In this document: one piece after another, positions 59,829 to 64,000 of the stretch
How the letters are laid out: the number at the start of each line of letters is the position of its first letter
Position numbering within the stretch: the first letter of the stretch is position 1
Source of the DNA: the human T2T-CHM13v2.0 reference genome, Homo sapiens
Strand: one strand, 5' to 3'
Length of the DNA: 64,000 bases
NCBI RefSeq assembly: GCF_009914755.1
Contig: NC_060927.1
Position numbers and translations under genes: made by a program
Notes under the pieces: generated by a model
What the model was told of the DNA's origin: nothing
Database searches by the model: none
The model's input: only the letters and a program-made list of their open reading frames with translations

Positions 59829-60796
59829 GCACCTAAAAGCTATTAGGAAAATTTTGTTTCTCATTTAATTTTGCTCAAAATTCAATTCCAAATATCCCCC
59901 AATTTAATGTATTATATATTATCAAAGTAAAAAAATACCAGCAATGAAAGGCCTTCCACTGGAAAACAGAGAAAGAATCTGAGTTGTTGTCTAGGTTATA
60001 CTTGACAAAGCTAATAGATTAATGAAATCTCCCTGAGTCAAAGAGATGGAATAATAAGAGAGGCTGTTTTTTATTTAAGAGTTGCTTTACTACTTTTCTA
60101 AATGCCTACAGAAGAAACAGGATACTACTAATATTTCACATAAGGAAACCTGCATGAGTAATATCTTAAGGTAAAGTTGATTCCTTAGTCCTCTGAATTA
60201 GTGTTGCCATTATATCTTTTCATTGACAATTGAGTCAACTGAAACACACTGACAGAATTGTCAGGTCATTCCAAGATTTGTCTATATAGGCTTTTTTCTT
60301 CTTCATCCTGATCATATATAGTTCTTGATCATCAATTTTCAAAGCAAAACATAAACAAAGACTGTACATTCACTTTTTGACCTAGAACGACAAAATTCAA
60401 TTAACTGCTGGCAAAACCAACGGTTTTTCTTTTAATTTTTAGATATGTGTTATTGATGTTAATACTACGTTTTGTGGACATAGGCTTTTAACCTGGAATG
60501 TTTCCAACTAATTTATGTTTTGTAGAACTCCTTTTGGTTATTTTCCAGTTCTTAAGCCTGTATAAATAGGCAGATTTATAACTCTCATGAGAATTTTACT
60601 GACTTTAAAAAATTCTAAACAACAATGTGGATCTCTCAAAAGAAAAAAAAACGTATGTCATTCAGAAAGCTTCTCCTGTGAGGGGTGGATTTAAAATGCA
60701 TGTAACTTTTGGAGACTGGTTGTTTTCGTCCTCTTTGCTTATGATTGCTTATAGATAGGACTCTTCTCATCTTTGAATAGAAGGACTAAATGGATA

Positions 60797-61048
60797 TATC
60801 AGTAAGGGCCCAAGTAAAAACCAATGTTGCATTCCAAATGGGCAATTTTAGCATGTTGAATTAAAAGGTTATTTACAAAGAAGTTAGTAGAGTATAGGCA
60901 AACCACAAGGGGTAGAACCACCCCTCTTGATAATAACAGCAGAAGTTCACCACAACTCCTAGGTCAGAAGGGGCCAGAGTAGAGAGCAGTTACAGAAACA
61001 TGAGTTAGAGAAGGCTGGGTGGAAAAGGTCGGTTGTCAGAAGCTGTGC
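60797..61048 (-). mobile_element. Ancient LTR remnant (LTR78/79-like)
   Basis: tatcagtaaggg...ttatttacaaag...aaaccacaaggg...cctaggtcagaagggg...gcagttacagaa...agaagctgtg. Confidence 0.5.
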
Positions 61049-61060
61049 TCTTTTGTTTTG

Positions 61061-61280
61061 TAGTGACATAGTGACTACAGTTAATAACAATGTATTGTAT
61101 ATCTGAAAATTGCTAAAAGAGTAGATCTTACCACAGAAAAAGTGGTAAGGATGTGAGGTAACAGATATGCTAATAAGCTCAACTTAGTCATTCCACAATG
61201 TATACATATATCAAAACATCAAGTAATATAACATAAATATATATTATTTTTGTCAATTTAAAAAATCAAAATAAAAAAAG
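61061..61280 (+). mobile_element. L1MA-type 3' end
   Basis: gtgactacagttaataacaatgtattgtata...gatgtgaggtaacagatatg...tcattccacaatgtatacatatatcaaaacatc plus A-rich tail. Confidence 0.85.
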
Positions 61281-61309
61281 AAATTTCAAAATATATTGGG
61301 GCTAAGGAT

Positions 61310-61465
61310 CTGTCTGTAGAACATGAACTAGCAGCACTGGCATCAACTTGAGCTTATTAGAAATGCAGAATCTCAGGCCCCGCCCAAGACCTATCGCATC
61401 TGAGTATATTCTTTGTCTAAATCCCCAGATGATTCCTATACACATTAAAGTTTGACAAGCACTGT
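61310..61465. mobile_element. MER5A-type fragment
   Basis: ttagaaatgcagaatctcaggccccgcccaagaccta...acattaaagtttgacaagcactg. Confidence 0.82.
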
Positions 61466-63704
61466 TCTATACAACCAGTATTCTGAGAGCAGACAAACTT
61501 TCATTTGATGTTTACTGATAGCAGTAAAGATCCCTTAGCCAGACAGCAATTTGAATACTAATCAAACTTTGTCACAGAAACCAGGAAAACAGATGACAAA
61601 AGCAGTCAAAGGGTTGATAAATAATAGATTACCATGGTACAGCTGAAGTAATGTCCAAAGGCCTGAGCTTGCAGAAACTCAACGAAGCTATTGAATCACT
61701 TTCAAGACTATAATTGGTCATTTTGTATTGGTAATGCTAGACTTGTAATTCTTCCCTAATTATAATTTAAGAGACGTCGGCTGCACCTGCAAAAGTAAAA
61801 CCCTGGTTAGTAGTCCTGTGTGACCTAGAACAAGCCATTTTACCTTCCAACATTCTAGTCTCTCCAGCTGTAGACAAAGATTTACAACTTTTATTAGTAA
61901 TGGGATTGAGGTCCTCATATGGATGAAATGTATGCAAGTGCTGAGTATGATTATTATTTTAGCTGACAGATAAAAAGACTATCACTTGTTCTGAATGCTT
62001 TGTAAAGCAAAAGACACAAGAATGAAATTATGCCAATCGTCTTTTTTGTTTTGCCTGCTTATGGAGTTTGTTTGAACATGTCTGAATCTTATGATAAATA
62101 TGCAACATAACAAAGGATTAAATGAAAAACCATTTAATTTACCGAATCATAGCTTGTAAAAATGTATATGTATTAGTAGTGGGGCAGGGGAGGATTGGTA
62201 TAATTAGTACCCCTTAGGAAAATTGTGTCTAGCAGGAAAATGTGTACATGTTTGGCAAAAATTGAGTGACAGGTCAAGAACTCTTCAAGCTAAGAAGATT
62301 ATGTCAACAGATGCATTCCCCATCTGCTCACTGAATGCACAAAAATGGAAACCACATTTTTTCTCTGCCTATCAACGGAAGTTCCAGTTATACTCAAAGC
62401 ACAAGAATTTTACACCAATCATGCCAATAGCCAAGATGGAGAAATATAAAACGTATGTAAAATGAAGTAAAGCTATTTTATATGATACTATATGTCATTT
62501 TATGTGAAATGAAAGGTATTGTCAAAGATAATTTTTCTCTGGTCTGCATTAGAAACTCATACTTCTGTTCCCAAAAGGCACAATCTAACCACACACCAGA
62601 ACAGTAAATCTGTGTTTACACCAAAAAACACACAATCTAACTGTGGACACTGACAACGCATGGTGTTATTGGAATAATAGGTCACCAGTATCGCAGATAG
62701 ATTATTTAAGCCATTTAGTAACACAATGTTTTGAAAGCTCCCATTTTGAAGTGCTGGGGACTTCCATGAGACGTGGATATTATATGAAACATTCTTACCT
62801 GCTAGAGATATACTGACACTTCTTTATCTTTCAGTGATATTTAGGGGCAATTGATGAAAGTGAGTTACTTAAGTTCAATTGAAAATAACAAAAAGTCATA
62901 AGAAATTCACCATGCAATTCACTATTCATTGAATGAATCAACAAAGATTTGTAGAGTTCTATTATGTGGCAGGATTTTTACAGGAGCTTGACTACTGTAA
63001 AGAGCAATAAATACATGTAGTAGCTGCCCTACCTGCCCCCCAGCTCCACATTGGTCCTTATTCAATTCTGATCAAAACCAGGCTGCACATCCCTACATTT
63101 TGGCTCACACATCCTTTATAGAGAATTTTTAATCCATCTGAATGCAGCTGCTCAAACTTTGGACTTGAAATACAGGACCTTAATCTACATTTTCCAATGG
63201 CATCAATTATTGCTGTTTCTACTTGCTACTGCGAAGATCCAGGCAAAGCAATACTAAAAATTCGAGACTTTTTCTTCTGATATTAGTTAAGTAAAATTGT
63301 TACTGGGAATGGCTTATCTCTCCATGCTAAGGCAGAAGAATAGTTATAGAGATAACGGTAGTTTCTATTTTCTTTAAGCTAAATACTTTCTGGATTAGGA
63401 TTCCCTGCCTTGCAGAAGTTCTCTACCAAGCTTAGTGCCTGTGTCACAAATCCACTATCAAATTGAGCCACCTGGAATTCTGACAAGATACCAGTTACAT
63501 GGGGACTAAAGTTTTATATCTGTTATATTATTTAATCCTCACAACAAGGCCCTTATGGAAATATGACACAGAGGAGGGTGAGAAGTAGCATTACACCAAT
63601 AAAGCTGATTAAACATGAGAGGAGTAAACCAGATACTCCGGAAATGTAGGGCAACAATAACTATTTCTAAACCAACAGAAGTTCTGAGGAAACCTGGATA
63701 CAGC

Positions 63705-63994
63705 AGAAATAGAAAAGCTGTGGTAGTCAGTGATTCCCTTCTTAGGGGTATGGAAGGATCAGTGTGTGGATTATCATGGCCAGTTGGCAAGTCAGTTGTC
63801 ACATAGGTTTTTATTCATGACAGGGGATGTTGTTTAACAAGAGCAAATGCGTTGCCTGCAAAACATCTAATGATTTGTGTGGTTAATGCATGATGCTGGG
63901 AGAATAGACAAGGGAAGAATCTTTAGGTGCTTCAAAGTTTTTGGATACAAAACTGTACCACTTGGAAGCACAGATGGTGTTTTCATCACTTCTT
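63705..63994 (+). mobile_element. CR1/L3-clade LINE ORF1 fossil (SGNH esterase domain), frameshifted; may extend beyond the window
   Basis: Colinear peptide blocks RKAVVVSDSLLRGMEGSVC, WQVSCHIG..IHD, LMICV..HDA and LEAQMVFSSLL resemble recalled CR1 ORF1 blocks RRVVVVGDSLLRGTE..IC, REVCCLPGA.I.D, LLIHVGTND and GAQVVFSSIL. Confidence 0.75.
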
Positions 63995-64000
63995 TTTTTT

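Overview
Hominoid, most likely human, genomic DNA inside the + strand KCNH8 (Kv12.1/ELK1 potassium channel) gene. Four phase-compatible coding exons at 46414-46452, 49021-49376, 51373-51479 and 54048-54124 splice into the channel's cytoplasmic C-terminus. The rest is intron, dominated by transposon fossils: a Tigger1 carrying two Alus, MaLR/ERVL solo LTRs, MIR/L2/MER relics, a full-length antisense HERV-E provirus (17973-26766) and a 17-kb nest of four L1s and two THE1 LTRs (27266-44303). I found no evidence of a wholly new biological system. Four things stand out. (1) A young L1 whose twin-primed inverted 5' segment appears to carry a spliced 5'UTR junction (SpIRE97/622-like). (2) APOBEC3-type G-to-A hypermutation of the HERV-E provirus. 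(3) A readable CR1/L3 ORF1 SGNH-esterase fossil at the right edge. (4) A probable ancient L1 3' transduction. Gene identity, repeat subfamily names and consensus comparisons come from recalled sequences, not from database searches, and old-repeat boundaries are approximate.
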